From the NCBI GenBank assembly GCA_900088475.1, contig FLMG01000742.1, forward strand, positions 1 through 64,000: 64,000 bases of DNA, read 5' to 3'. Positions 24,328 through 39,300 of the stretch are shown here, piece by piece (position 1 is the stretch's first letter; every line of letters starts with the position of its first letter). The notes under the pieces are model-generated. The model saw only the letters and a list, made by a program, of their open reading frames with translations. It did not search any database and was not told the origin of the DNA. A program made the translations under genes and the position numbers. Source of the stretch: Hyphochytrium catenoides (taxonomy: Eukaryota; Protista; Hyphochytriomycota).

Positions 24328-27300
24328 CTAGACCACCACATCCATGATGAGAGCCACACCCGCTAGAATCCACCTCGCGGGTGGCGATTTGGTCTTCAGC
24401 TGGGCTGTGAAGACGTAAGTCGGGCCTCTTCTCTCTGTCTTATAGCAAGGGCACTGATAGTAGCCCTTATCATCAGCCTTATCTGTAGAAATAGCCTTGC
24501 AAAGCACCACTGGCATCTTGCAGAACATTTCCTTTGGCAACGCACGCTGTACAGAGCCAACCTTAGCGTCCCATCGCGCCCCTTGAAGAGAGAGGCCAAA
24601 GATATAAGCACCATCTCTGGATGGTTGATCTATGCCCTCCGGCATCTTGTCTGTCACGTCCGTAAGAATCATCAGTTTATCCAGCTCCCAGTGGTTGCGC
24701 TGAGCTGAGACCTATAGAGGTAGCCGTGAGTACTAATGAGGTAGCAACCTAAGGGCAGAGGGACTTCCTCTTGAACAACAACATTGTAGAGATTAACGAT
24801 TGAACCGCAAAAAAGAGGATGATAGAATGTAGAACAGCAAGCTCTGTGTAGGAGAGAATGTCATGTCATTAGCTAAACAGACCAGACGGCATACCTGCAT
24901 GATTGCCGTGAGGAATGACTGCGGATTGATAAGCCCAGAGATCCAAGTCACTTTGGGAATCTCAGATGGATTGGAGCACCACTCTTCCAGCTGTGCTAGC
25001 CGACTGTTAAAGTCCAGCAACCAACTCCCAAGAGGACGAAGGGATGGCCAAGAGCGCTTGGTCCATTCTGGTATTGCAAGAGGAGGGTGGTCACAAGGAG
25101 GTAAGACTAAGGCCCATCGAGAATCTAAGGGAGGTAAAGAGCAAGGACACAACCGCAAGAGGGAAAGCAAAGTAAGAAGGGTTTACCTGCCGGCACTCTG
25201 TCTAGATAGAGTGATTCTACAAGAGCGTCCATAGCATCCGACATGGTAAGCTCTCCTTGAAAGCCCAGGTTCAGCTCGTTCAGAGAGCGCACAATCTCAG
25301 CCAGAAGGACGTTCATCTGATCACACTCTTGCAGGAACACATTCTGGTAGGGTCCAACTTCGTCCAGGCCGCTAAGAGTAGTCGGGTTTTAGGGGAGCGG
25401 TGAGTGGAACAGGATTGAAGAAATATACTATGCTACTGGGTCCTCCCATCAGATGCGGAACAGAATCAAACCAAGGATCCTCGAAGTTTTAGTCGCGCGG
25501 AAGAATCTTCATGAGAGTGACTGGTAATGGTATGAGATGCGAAAAGATGTAGGAAGTGGCATAGGGAGAGAGAGCCTCCTTACCGAGCCACATCATCTGT
25601 ATCAAACTTCTTCTCTCCGAACCGCTCTAAGATATCCTTTAGCGCTTGCTCTGCCACCACTGAAGGAGAATTGCCTCCCTCCACTGCATCAAAGATAAAG
25701 CGGATAGAGGGGGATTTACATTGTGCATGTCAGATAAGGGGGAGAAGTAGGAGTTTGATCGCCCCTTTGTGCTTTACGTTGGGACTCTTACCTGACGCTC
25801 CCTTCTCTCGCGGCTGCAAATCCATTAAAGTCCGAAACATATTCTCACTCTGAGTTGTTCTGAAATCTATCTCGGCGTTTGGATGGAGCCCAAAGGCAAC
25901 TGGTGTCTCTTGTTTTAGCTCTGTGTCTATGTGCTCTAAATATTTGTCATAGGAGGTAGCAGGCGGAGACACGAAGGAGTTGCCCTGCAACCGGCGAGAT
26001 GATAATGACGACAGAAGGCATAGAGTCAGCCAGGTATTATGTAAGGGACAGCTCTTCTTCTTCCACTATCTTAGGGTTGGAGCTGCAGGGTAAAGACGTC
26101 GAGGTGGGAGGACTAGGAGCTAGAAGATGAAGACCGATGTCGGCGCTCCGCTATTGATGATGCCAAGACCGTACCTTTTCATCTTCCGCAAATGGGAAGA
26201 GCTCCGTCTCATCCAGCAGCTCGTCCTTCATATAAAAGTCGAGGTACGTGTTCGCGAGCAGCCGATCGAAGTCGTTGACGATATGTCCTCCATACATGAT
26301 CTCTCCAAAGATGTACTTCAGGTCCGCCCAAGGGATCTTACCGCCTGCACTACTCTCAAGGTAGTTGCTGAGACACACAGCGCTATCTCTGCTCATAATG
26401 GGGGGCAGAGGAAATAAGCATGGAAGGATGGTTACTGCAAATCAGACCCAATCGCTGTCCTTGTTAGGGTCTACTGCCTCAGGGGCTACGAACGATGAAG
26501 GCACAGAAAGCAAGGCGTACCTCAGGTCTCCGAGGGAGAAAGGGTACATCATATTGAATCCCAGAGGACCGTACATCTTCCTTTCCATCACGCACGCGTG
26601 AAAATGGCAGAGACCAAAGAGAATCGACTTCACCTAATGAAGAACAAGTAAGCCAGGATTATTCTAACAAATGGTTCTCCGCCGGCAACAACCATGCTAG
26701 CTAGATGACTCACAAACGACAGATACGTGATGGAGGTATACCGAAGCTTCAAATTGCTAACAACGGGGAGATAGAAAATGACGTCGGGTCAGTTGCGAAC
26801 CTTGGACTCAGCTTCGTCGATGTAATCCTTGGGGAAAGAACAGAATGCTCTCTTTAGGTTGGCCTTCAACCCAGACGGAGGCTCCTGCGTCAGCTTGATG
26901 CACCTATTTAGGATGCCGATCGGAATAGTCTTCGAGGGGTCTGTACATTATAGTAGTATCACGTACATAGAAGACCCGAAGTGGGCAAAACGGTCAGGAA
27001 AAGTGATATTTATCTTCGCTAATAATTTTCCCTTGTCTCCTGACCTGAGGTGAGAAAAAGTCTAAATCGCGCATGAGATCCCTCCGTGATGAAGTCGTCA
27101 AGCTTCTTTTCTAGCTGAATGAGCCACCTAGGCATTAGATGGATGTTGTTCAGGATCACCCAATGCCCTTGTCGATGAGCGACCTGGACCAAAGGGGTAC
27201 CATTAGCCACGGAGACACGGGAAAGTTAAGAAACGCATACACCTACCTCAAGCTTCTCCATGGCAATAATGTCTTGGCCTTGGCCCATTGACACATTATG

Positions 27301-30300
27301 GTAACTCACACCTTTTTCAAACCCATACTTCAAAGCCAGACGGTCCAAGAGCGATACTACATCGGCTCCCGGAGAAAGGATGAAGTAGAGAGGTGTAGCT
27401 GGAGTCGAGTCCTGTTTTGAAAAGAGGCACAAGGATCACGTAGTACGAGGGCATCGTCAACAGTGCTCTCCTAACCATCGAGGAAAGTTCTATTTTACCT
27501 GAAGAGATTGGTCAATGACTTCCTGGGCGCTAAGCGTACTGTCGCAATCGCAGTAATCTGACCCGTTCGGCAGGGCGCGGCGAATGAACTGACTAACTGC
27601 TACTGTCATGCGGTCAGGCCGCAGGCAGCGGACCACCAACAGCTTCAGGAATGGGGTTTTGTCCAACCCTAACGTGATTAGGCGGGAACAAGGAAAGTTA
27701 GAAGTAAGACACTAAGCAGCGCCAGACAATGGAGCTAACTCCTCTTTTTGGTGTCCTGAGAACCTGAGAAGCTATGAGGGACTTTAATCTTTCCTCTCTC
27801 TATCTCTTGACTCCTTTCCTCTCTCTATATCATTCACCCTTCTCTTCTCATTCAGTTGCGCGGAACTCATTCCAGGTTGCTAGCACTTTTCATCTATTTA
27901 TACCTGCCCAGTCTAGGGGGAGCTTCTCTTTCTCTGGAGTCACGAGGTTATACCACTCCCGAAAACGTGGCGCAGCGTCGACAAGATCGGAGGGGAATTT
28001 AGAGAAGTCATCCAGCTCTCCCAACGCTTGCACCGCACACCATTGCTGGGTTGGCAACCACTCCAAAGGATTTTCGACTCCCACTCGGCGAGGCCCCCGA
28101 AGAAGAAACTGAAAGTACTTCTCGTCCACCTGTTCAAAAACGGGGAAAGCAAAGCACAGTACTCAGCCGAAAAAAGATCATCTGGCACCAGTCCAGAGAA
28201 CCGCAGTAGAAAAGGAGACAGCACTAAGAATCACGAAGGTGGTGCCAAACAGTTCCATTGAGAACTGGAGTAGTTGAGGCATTAATTTCTACCTTGTACT
28301 CCTCTCCTAAGTTGCCTCTTCGCATAAGATTGAAGGTCAATTGTGCGAGAAGAATGAGCTTATGCGCTTCGAAGAGTCCTCTGCTAACCCATGTGAAGAT
28401 TACAAAGCGCAGACTCTCCCTCAAGTTATGCACTCTTTCGTCCTTGCTCTCGGACGGCTGGGCTTTGTCGACAGCCTTGAAGAAAAAGGTGACGAAGGAA
28501 TCGAGCGAGTAGCGATACATATGGTCGATGGTGGCAAGGGAGGAGAGAAGGAAATAGAGCATCGCGCCTTCAGAAGCAACGGGCCGATACACTTCTCTGG
28601 CCTATAATAGGGGAGACACGAGTAATGAGTGCAACGACAAGGGGATAGAGTCTGAGAGCGCTGCTAGAACAACAACTCATTCCCGCAACCATCTAGCCAC
28701 ATAATGGATGGTGTACCTTATTAATGGCAATCTCCGTTTCTTGCCCTTTCGCCACCGCCGCATTAATCTCTACAGACGCTTTCTTAGTTGCTTCCAAGCC
28801 CTCAATCAGAGGTATGTCTGACAGAATGTCCTCAGGAGCGTTGGCGAGCCTCTCAAGCAGCTGGTCCTCGAGCTCTACAAGCTGGATTTGATACTGCTGG
28901 AACGACTGCACTAGCTCTTGCTTGCGAGCCTCCAGGTCAGGCTGCTCCTTGTTCACCACCTACGGAATGCGACTTTAGCTGATGTTTGCATATGATGGGA
29001 ATCGCTATTACTGGCCGCCGTCAATCTTGTGTCTTTGTTTGTAACTTTCAGCGCTCCCCTCTCCTTATAATACCTTGGCCAAAAGCTGATCCTCCAGACC
29101 CCTCTCAGTGGCGATAAAATTGATGATGGTACACTGTGCAGCTATTTCAGGCTTATAGTGGGGGTTCGATAACTTCGTCTGAAGATAGAGTTTGAACTTA
29201 GGGTCATACTCAACGTCCTCTCCGCCTAGGCGGAGAAAGAGACCTCGCCCTTTCTTGAAGACTGCCCGAGAAATGACTGGATCCAAGGTGGCTTCAATCT
29301 CCTCTCCCATGTTTTCAATGATCACAACGCCTCCACTCGTAATAGCATTTGTCAATGTTCTTAGCCTGAACAGAGGAGGCAGGCCATGCACAAAGAAGAA
29401 GTGCAATTAGGTTTCTGACAATCAAGCTCTGCGGTCCATACATAGCACTCACCAATTTGTCTGCGAAACCTGGATGATTGATAGGCCACTCTTTTCTTCC
29501 TTCTTTCTAAGCCATTTTATACCCTGAAGCTGGGGATCGATGATAAGCGGCCAACGCTTGCAATTGGTAATGATAGATCCGTTTTCCACGCTAATTCGAT
29601 CGGCTGGTAGTCCGTCGCTCAGCATCTTGGCTGTCTTGCCCTCATTCGTGAGAAGTCGAAGAGGATCGGCACCTTCTGTAAGTGGAATCTTCTTTGCAAT
29701 GAGGTCTGGCATCCACTGATTCTTCCAAAGCTCCTCGCGGAACACCTGCAAAATGGCATATAAGAAAGTATAGATCTCTCAGACAAGGGATCTCCAAGAA
29801 GAGGACCATGGCAATGAACGAGGTCTAAGGAAGGTCTGCTCTCGTGGCAGCTAGAAGCACATCATGTCAACTGACTATGAAGTTGCGGAGACGTTAAACC
29901 ATGTTATGAATGGTTCTGACCTGATCGAAGGGGCCAATGTATGAGACGAACGCAGCGGCCAGTAGAGCGTCTCCTATGCCCATGACAATGGTCACGCGAA
30001 GAGTCGCTGTCTCGCGACCCCACCGTTCATTCTCCGAGCTGTATCAAGCAGGAGATTTGGGGAGGTGGAAAGGGCAGACTTTAGGTACCTGCACCTTCTA
30101 GGGTGCCATGATCGCAATCTTACCTTAGGCCCTTCACCAATCTCTCAGCTAGACTTAGTCTTTCAGTGCATGCGCGAGCCTCGGCTTCCACTTTTGCCTT
30201 CTCCTCCATAGCCTACAAGTCAATTCAATTGAGTCAGTTACCAAGGTCCTGCCGCAGCTTTGACAGAAGAGTGGATGGTTATGCCCCTCTCTTTGTTCTT

Positions 30301-33300
30301 AGTCTCAATATCTTACCTGCTGCAGCGTAGCAGTCAGCTGTTCTAGACGCTCTTCTACCATCTTCACTTGTGCAGTGACCTTAGCCAGAGCTTCTTGGGC
30401 TTCGGCTTTATTCGCTCGCGCCGCTTCTAGACTATCCATTAAAGGCTTCACCTGTTTAATGAAGATGTTCGAAAACGAAGCATAATTAATATTTAGAGCC
30501 AAAACCAGCCGAGAGACAAGTGTCAGAGTATAGAACTATGCTTTACCTTCACATAGATTCTATTAAAGGTGTAGATATTGACTACCCAGGAGCAAAGAGA
30601 AGCGGCTGCAGCTGACTTTGAGGCCATATTTTCTGCAGTGAACTCGGGATCTTTTACCAGCGGTTCGATCCGCGCAATAACCTGCATCCCAACCAGATAA
30701 TTATAGAAGGAAGAGGCGATGTGAGATGGAGATAAGGCGAGACATTCTGAGGCCCGAAAGAATAACTTGAAGCAGGATACCTCTTCAGGAATGTCTTCAC
30801 CCTTATACTTCTGCAGGCTCTCCTTAAACTTGTCAACCTGCGCCATCATCTTCTTTGCGCGGTCCCAGGAGTGGTTCTTGTACTCCTTCTCCACCATAAT
30901 CAAACATGCCGCGGTGACCTTGTCAACGCCAGCTGGGGGCTTTGGAAGCGACTTGAGCTCAGTGAGCATTGACTTGTCCAGGCAATCCACCGCTGAGGCT
31001 GCAGCGTCCATAGCCGGTTTTGCAGCCGAAAGTTCAGTTTCAGCTTGCTGCAGATATTGGCCAAGTAAGCAAGTGTTAGGCCACACAGGGAACAACAGGA
31101 GAGTATCCCAAAAAACAAGCCACCGCGAAACCATAAGAGATAGAGGATGTCGGGGCAATCTTCACAAGGCCGATGGAATGCAAGTCAAGTAGATACATAT
31201 TCAGCAACCTTTTCAATGACCGCTGCCTCATTCGAAGCCTTTTCAGCCTTGTCCGCCTCCTCACTAGCCATTTTCTTCTGTTCCTCGGCTGCCTCTTGCT
31301 CTTTGCTGATTTGTTCCAGCAGTGCGTTCGTTGCTGCTTTTTTCTCTTCCACCCGCTTCATTGTATGCGTTAGATCAATCTGCAGCTCGGCTACATCTTG
31401 GGCAGTTTTTCTAAGCGTAGAAAGACCAACATCCAGCCTATCTATGAGCCGTTGAACCTGGAACAGCCGTTACGGGAAGGGCCGCGGAGAGCAACGGAGA
31501 CGTTATCGATTGCGATGCGAAGGGTCCATTACAGAACGGTATGCGTCACTAACCTCTCCTCTTTTTTGCTCGAGAAGGAAGCGATAGAAGACAATGAGCT
31601 CTAAGAAACTCTTAGGCGTAACGTAATTATAGCGCCTCTCGGCCGCAAGGTAGCGTTGGCTAGCCTCTGTGACCTTAAGATGTACCTGCCAGCAAAGAGT
31701 CAGAGACCTAGGTAAGTAGCCTCAGACCAACTCCTAAAAGACCCGCTTCTCCATACGTAGGAGGTGGAACTCGCAATACGAGACTTCGCACCTCTCAATG
31801 CATCACGGTGAAAGACAGGACAGTATTGTCACAACAACTTACGTAGGACATGTGCTTGGCAATATTGTCTCTGTTTTCGTCTCCCCCGAGGTCGAGATCC
31901 TGCAGAAAGCGCTGTGCGACGCTAACTAGCGCTTCTTCTGGCCAAGGATGGAACCAGTCGATCACAGTGCAGTTCACAAGGCCAGGGAACCGTCGGGCGC
32001 GGATACGGAAGGTGTCGCCCACTGGAGCAAGTCATTGTTGGCCGAGAATGAGATTAGAGATTGACCAATTCCGTCAGAATAGGAGGCAGCGCCTCAAGAT
32101 ATCATGCTTACCGGGAGAAAAACAAAGGATTACGTGCATGTTCGCCCGCACCCTTGCTATCAAGAAATCCATCATGGCGTCATGAGAGTCCGCAATACCT
32201 TCACAGGCAGGTGTGACAAAAAGCTGTCAATGCATCGGGCCCCAGCGAAGAGCACAAAGACTGTGCCCTTTACTCCGCCCCTACCTGCAGCCTTAGCCTC
32301 GTTCCTCAGGGCTCCCAAGAGGCCGTCAATCTCGTCTTTCGGAAAGAGATCCGGAATCCAGCCACTGTTGAGGAAGTCATTGATGTATACTGAGAGTGCA
32401 TGCAAGAGGTAAGTGGAGAGTTAGTTGCGGCGGTCTTGGATTCCCTGAAATGCGTGCACCTTCATGGTCCAAACTACATGGATAATACGTCGTCGTGTCT
32501 TTGCTACTTCTGCTGGTTAGCTTCACCTACCTAAAAACTTGTCATTGACGATCTGTCCGTCGGTCATGATCCAGACTAATGGATTTCCCTTCACTCCTGA
32601 AACTTTGTACATCTCACGCAGAGCCTCCTTGAGATCTTCGATCTATAATGAGAGTTAGTAGCAGCAATAGAAGGCCTTAGTCCACTTGCCAACGCCAAGT
32701 TGGATAGAAATTAGTCAATTCTCTCGCTCTGATTTACAACGAGGTATAACCGAAACGTGGCCGAGGCACAAGGATTCTACATTTCTCCTAAACTCCACCG
32801 CACCCTCGGATCCCACCACCGTTGGAACGCCTACCTTGAAGTTAGACGTTACAGAAAGCTGACGGACTTCATAGCCGCAGATGAAAGCTGCTAAACGGGA
32901 GAGACTCTGCTTTCCACTACCTCCGACGCCAATCAGTAGAGCGTTGCCGGCGGGATTTGCAATGATTCTTGCGATACGGGTAGTGTGCTGCATCGCCTGT
33001 TCAAACAGCACCAGATCCATAATACTCTGACTTTCATTGTATTCTTTCATCTTCTCTTCCAGTACACGACCCAAAGTTTGATTGTCACTGACTGCCAGGT
33101 ACGCTCGCTCGGGTCCGGCAAGAGACGTGTGGAAAGAGGTGAAGATAATGGGCTCCGCTAGAAGCTCTTCTTGATTTTCCTCAGGGAAGTACTTCTTAAG
33201 AAGTTCTGTAAGGAGGTCCCTGAACTTCTTTATCTCCTCGCCATTTATGAGACGGTCGGAGTAGACCCTACACGGGACAAACGACAGTGACAAAGATATA

Positions 33301-36300
33301 TGTCAAGACCAGATTCCTTGTAGAGAACAAAAGAAGTGCAGTGTGATCAACTTGTAAGCTCAACTACTTTCAACGATCTATTTACCTGAAGCATTCATGG
33401 ACCCAGAGGCGCATCAGCTTCCGAGGGGTCGTGTAAAACTCAGGTTTGGCAAGACAGACACCTTGGAAGATGTTCGTGATCTACGAGAACGTAGATTAGG
33501 AGAACATGTGAGAGAAGAATGTAGGAGTACTACGGCCTTGAGGCGAATAGGATCCAGGACTTGGTAACTCTACCTCTCTCATATTCCAGTTATACACAAA
33601 CTTCGTAGCGGAAGGAAGAAATTTTGCATTAATTTGTTCCTGGAGGGCCACAGTTGCTTCGGTAATCTTCTCGCCTGCCTGACAGACACTGGGTTGAAAA
33701 GAGGACGAGAAGTGACCTCTAAGAATCGCCTTGTAGATGCCCGCGAGTTCTCCGCCCCCAGGCATTTGACAAGCGAAGGTTGAAAAATGACGCTGCAGGC
33801 GCTCATTGACCACGAACGACCCTGCCGTCGGGTTCATCGCTGCGAGAGTGCGGAGAGGAGCACATGAGAAGAGGGCGTTGGCAGTAAGTACTTGAACATA
33901 ATTGGAGTGAACAACAAAAAGTGTTGATGAATATGCTAGGAAGTGACTCAATGAGGAGCAGAAGATTGAAGGATGCATCGAGCATGCCTACTAGCAGATT
34001 ACTGCTGCCGGTGTTGTTTACTTATCTTCCCTAGTCTCTCACCTGATACGTACTGAACGTCCACAATCTCCTTTCTAAATCCAAGGTCCTGTCTATCGAA
34101 GATAGTATTATAGTCTATGTGTTGGCGGAGAAGTTCCAGCGCATTCTGTGTCCCGTATGTCTCCAGGTAAGGGAGGTTGAGGTCGTCGATGAAGTAGACC
34201 AGACGCTTGGTAGACGGTGGGCCGAAAATGCGCCCTGACCGCTTATCAATGGCCTAAAAGAGCAGAGAATAGCCAATTTTTTATCCATTAGGTTGCAACA
34301 GATCAGAAAACGAAAGAGAGTCTCTCTGTATTAGCACTATGTAGAGTGTCCTCTTGAAAACTGTGGACTTCCTCCAGGAGATACTCACCTGCTCAATTTG
34401 TCTCTGCAAGCTGAGGGAATCCGTGTAGTAGTTCATGTTGATTGAGGAGCTGAGCATGTTCTCATCCAGCTGCCGTAAAAAGCTTCGGATCATGGTGGTT
34501 TTGCCAGTACCAGCGCCCCCAACAAACATAACAGGTCTGCGCTTCTTCACGAGCAGAGACAGGAGAGAAGATAGTCGCACTGTTTCCGCAGTCTGTACAA
34601 CGATGGAGGAGAAGGAAGTTTGTCCAGGGCCATTACCGATTGGTGTGTGAGAGTACTCTGGCACTTTGTTTGCCCAAGATTTGAAGGAGCCTGGTGACAG
34701 ATGGGAAGAAGCGGGAGAAGCAGGAAGGAACCTTAGGAACAGCTTCACTAGCTCGCTTTGCATTCACTTGCCTTCCTTTGGCTCGTAATAGAAATCGAAG
34801 CACATGCCTCCTTCCTGGGGATACTTCACAGTACTAAATGTCTGTTGCCAGTTCTCAGAGAATTTTCTTCGGGAGTCTCCGCCTTTGTCAGCGATGAGAG
34901 GCCCGCCGAAGGCCCAGCAGCAGGCAAATACGAAGAAGTGCTCCACCAACTCCAGAGTCTTCAGCTTGGGTTCAATTGCCTCCAGAAGGCCCTCGAGAAG
35001 GTAGCAGATTGTTGATACCTTCAGAGCGGATCAGAAGAGCATTGGTTAAAAGGCATCACAGCACAGGTCCAATCCTGTCAAAAGATCAGAGCATTCTGTC
35101 GCACTATGCAGGCGTCGCCCGTGAGGACAGACCGTGAAAGTCAGGACACATGGAAAACTAGCCTAGATCTTCATTATGATATCATTCAGACATGAGGGGT
35201 AATGGCAGTACGACTGACTGAGGGCAGATCCGTCGCTAGGAGGGCCATACCTGGTTGATTAAGCGTAAGGGAGTCACTTTTTTATATCCCTTTCTAAGCA
35301 TCTCGGCAGCATTGTCAATATACCTGCAACAGATGGCAAAATAGTGATATCAGACCTTTCGACCAAATGGTTGAACAGCACACTATAGAGAGTATCGCCA
35401 CCCTGAAAACATAAAAACATTCTGTTTCGACGTAAGATTGAACTTACTTATCAAAAAGCGGAGGCAGCAGAGTCTTTTCAGCCTCATCTGGTCTCTTTAG
35501 CATCCAGCTGTCCACGAAAGGCCTCCAGCCGATATCGGTCTCATTGATATAGAGAATGCCAGCCCTGGATACCGTAGCGGGAGTAGCATTCTTCAACGAA
35601 TTGACCTCAAAGATCATCCGCATGGCGTCGGAGAGAGGTATCCTCTCATTGGACACCAATGTGAGAACCTTATTGTCATCCATAACCGTATTCATGCTCT
35701 CAATCCACACTGCGTCAATATCGCCATCTAGTACGACCCACTTGCTCTCTTGATATTCATGAAATCCCTAAAAGTTTGTTATAACCAAGCAACAGGATGA
35801 TTAGAGCCAGACGAAGAGCAGATGGAGAGGCTTTCACAAGGGACGGAAGTAGTCTACGTACTTGCTCTGAGATGTTCTTACTCATTCCCCTCATTATAAT
35901 GGACAACACGCCATCCTTCCAGTCCTTGGAGAGCGTCATGTATCCATACAGTTCGTCCGACGTGACTGCTTTGGGGTTAAGGGTCTCAAAGACACATATA
36001 TTCTTAGCCTTTTGAAGGTTGTGGCAGTCCGCGAGAGTCTTCCAAATGGTAGTCTTGGCACAACCAGCAGGGCCTGCGCAGGATTTGTATTGATCTTAGC
36101 CGTACTACTCGACAAAAAAAGAATACAGGCCCCTGGTTTGGGTGGGGTGTGCAAAAGTTGCATAACTAGAAAAGAATTGTAAGTTCAGCTCCTCCTGTTT
36201 AAGGCGCCTAGGCCGCCGGCCTTGGAGCCCGAAACATGTAAGAGACCAGAACCCATGAGGTCGACACAAGCCAAAAGTTAGGCGCGGCTTACCAAGCAGC

Positions 36301-39300
36301 ATAACGGAGTGTCTGACATCCAGAAGCTCCTGGAATTGCGTGACTTTCAACACGAAACCGTCCTCAAATTGCAGACCCCTTTGTTTGCATACTTCGACTG
36401 TCTTCTCGCGTAAATGGTGGTTTACCTGAAACAGGAATTTGCAGGGACAGCGACGTTATCAGCGCAGTGCCCAGGAGAACAGCAACGCTCTATTGTAGCG
36501 GGAGAACGCACCTTAGGTTGCACTTCGAGGCCAATGAAGAGATCTGAGATAAGTCTGAGGAAGATGGGAATATCGTGCTGCGGGATCTTTGGCGTGTTGA
36601 AATCTCTCAGTGCCCTCATAAGCACCTTATCCTCACTGGTGTCCGGCTCCGCACGCTTCAGCATGCCTGCAAACCGATCAAGAGTAAGGGTCAGCTTATA
36701 TCCGCTATGTAGCGATGTACCTTAAGTTCTGCTATGGCTGGTGGCATGTCTGTCTATTTCTGTGGTGCACATGACCTACCTGCCACCCTTAGTACTGATT
36801 TGACAGCCCGCAGGCCCCAGTCATAATGAGGTTGCTTTGACAGGAGTTCGGAGCTGAGCTGATAAAGCGTCACGAACTTTATCGCCAGCTTTCGCGCCAT
36901 TTGGAACCCTGTAGTAGGGCAGATGTTGCACGACAAAGGAGATGAGAATTGCTCAGGAAGATTGACGACAACAACCAAGGAACGTTGTGCTATTTGTTCT
37001 CTACGAACAATACATGCTTTGCATTTAATAACAGAATAAGGTTACCTTCACTCATAAGCATATTCTCGCAAATAGGCTTCAGGTCCGGTCGAATCATGGC
37101 ACAAGAGCGGAAGAGGGCCTTCAGGTTCTCTGGCAGCTCCGTTCTTCCAGCGTACCCGGGATTCATAGTTATAAAGAAGCCGCACGTAGGGATCAGAGCG
37201 ATCACGTCTCCCATAAAGTCGAACGCGCCGACCTAGATGCCGAGGATTAGTTAACTTCTTACAGTACAGCCGAAGGATTTCCAAGGCACTCATTAAAGCA
37301 TAGCTATAGGATACTAACCCTAACTGAGCTCACAACAGAAAAAATGATGAGGGGAAAGAGCGCCGCAAAGCAGCTTTCAAAGGATATTTTACCTTCTCCG
37401 GGGGCGTTCCAGCAGCTACAGCCTGGAACTGAGGCTCACGATTACCGGGAATACTAAGCCGAACAATTGCGTCCTGACGGGAACATCGCGCAGAGGAGAA
37501 GAGACACAAAGGGTCAGAACTACTAGGATCAAGCAAGGGCCTTCCTCTTCCTTTTTCCTTTCTCCATGATATAGGCACGGGGCATTGATCGCAAACACCT
37601 ACGTCTACTAACCTGCACAGTCTTGACCTGCGTGGCCACGACCGAGAGGACCTCGATATTGATCCTGTTGAACTCGTCAAAACAACCCCAGGTTCCAGTT
37701 TGGGCCAGCCCTCTGAAAATGTCCGCCATGGTCTGGAAATTCATTTGATCGGAACAATTGAAGACGTAACAGCACAGCGCAAGAGCCCGAGCCAGGTCTT
37801 TGGTAGTCTCCGTCTTCCCGGTGCCTGCCGAGAGCACCAATGGGGTTTAGATCTAGCAAGATAGGAAACCTAATAAACCATGACAAAAAGTACAGTCTCA
37901 CAGTCACCCAGACTAGAGGAGAGGGCTTCACGTTTCGTCAAGAAGAGTAAAATCGATGGAAAACGAAGCTCAAACCTGCAGGTCCTGCTGGAGCTCCTCC
38001 CAAAAAGAGTCTCAGCGCCATGGTTAGGGTGATATAGCAGCGGTCGGTCAGCGGCGTGATGACGAGTCTGCCACTGTTTCCAGTGTACTCATACGAGTAC
38101 TTGCTTCGAAAATCGGTGATCTTGATGTTCACATCCCGCGTCTCTTGCTGCCAGTAGAATCGAAGCTGACAATAGTGATTTTAATAATTGGAAGAATGGC
38201 GATAAGGTTATAGAACGGATCACCCAAATTGTGCCCGTGATGAGGAACTGACCTGTTGTTGCCATAAGAAGGAAAGCGGGCCGGAGACTTTCTCGTCTAC
38301 AAGCTTCTGGATGACATCTCGTCCGTGGACGTCAAGGGTGATGAGAGAAATAATCTTGGCCCGATCACCTATGTATGTCGCAGTGTGTCAAACGTTTATG
38401 CTAGTTCCAAACGTGTACATGTAGAAGGGATTGGGGGAAGTACTGGTGGCCTGGCTCACCTTTGGTCAGCTCTCCTAGAACAAGGTTGATGAGTGCCTCT
38501 AGTTGTTTATTGCAAATGTCAAGGTAGCGCTTGACACTGTCTTCCTGGCCGTTTTCATACTCTTCTAGCGCTCGCTCTGGGATGGAAGACGTCATTAGTT
38601 TGACGGGTATACATACAGCTGGTGGCCTCACAAGAGGAGTAGATTGGACCAGGACCCAAACCAGTGCGTGACAGAGCCTAGAGGTAAGAGCAAGCAAGAA
38701 GCTGCCTGTAGGCTAAGGTATGTGTAAAGCATCATTGTAACTCACCTGTCTCATCTGTCCAGCTCATCTGTGTTGCAGTTAGCACTACCATAGCAGGGTA
38801 GTCAAAGAGCCACTGGTGTCGAGGCTTGTCAAACTCCCAAGCTTGAGCAGAGTTCCAGGCCTCTGACATGTGATGCTTGATAGTGTTCTTCATGCAGTCA
38901 GTTAGCTGGTTCAGCCAGCTCTCTACGGCGCCTGACATAGTGAAGGGGGAAGGCATAGCCACTCTGATAGACCAGAGTTATAGGCAAGAATGGTGGAAGG
39001 GGTATCGTTAGGTAGACTGTTGTAGGGCCGGAGCACTCCAACACGTAAGCTACACGTAACGTAGCCTCCATTATATTCATCGCGCAAACATGGAGAGCGT
39101 CACTAGCTTTTTGCGTGTACCTTTCTTTATCTTTTGATATCATAGTATGGACCGTATTCGTCGAGCCCTCCTCATATTGAAGGTTGGCAAGAGAGTCATA
39201 ACAGTCGCCCAAGTAGGGCATGATTTTCGGAGGATTATTGCCGTTGCTAAGAATCTCCAGAAGGGCCGCATTACTGACAAAATAGAACCGGGGGAATATC

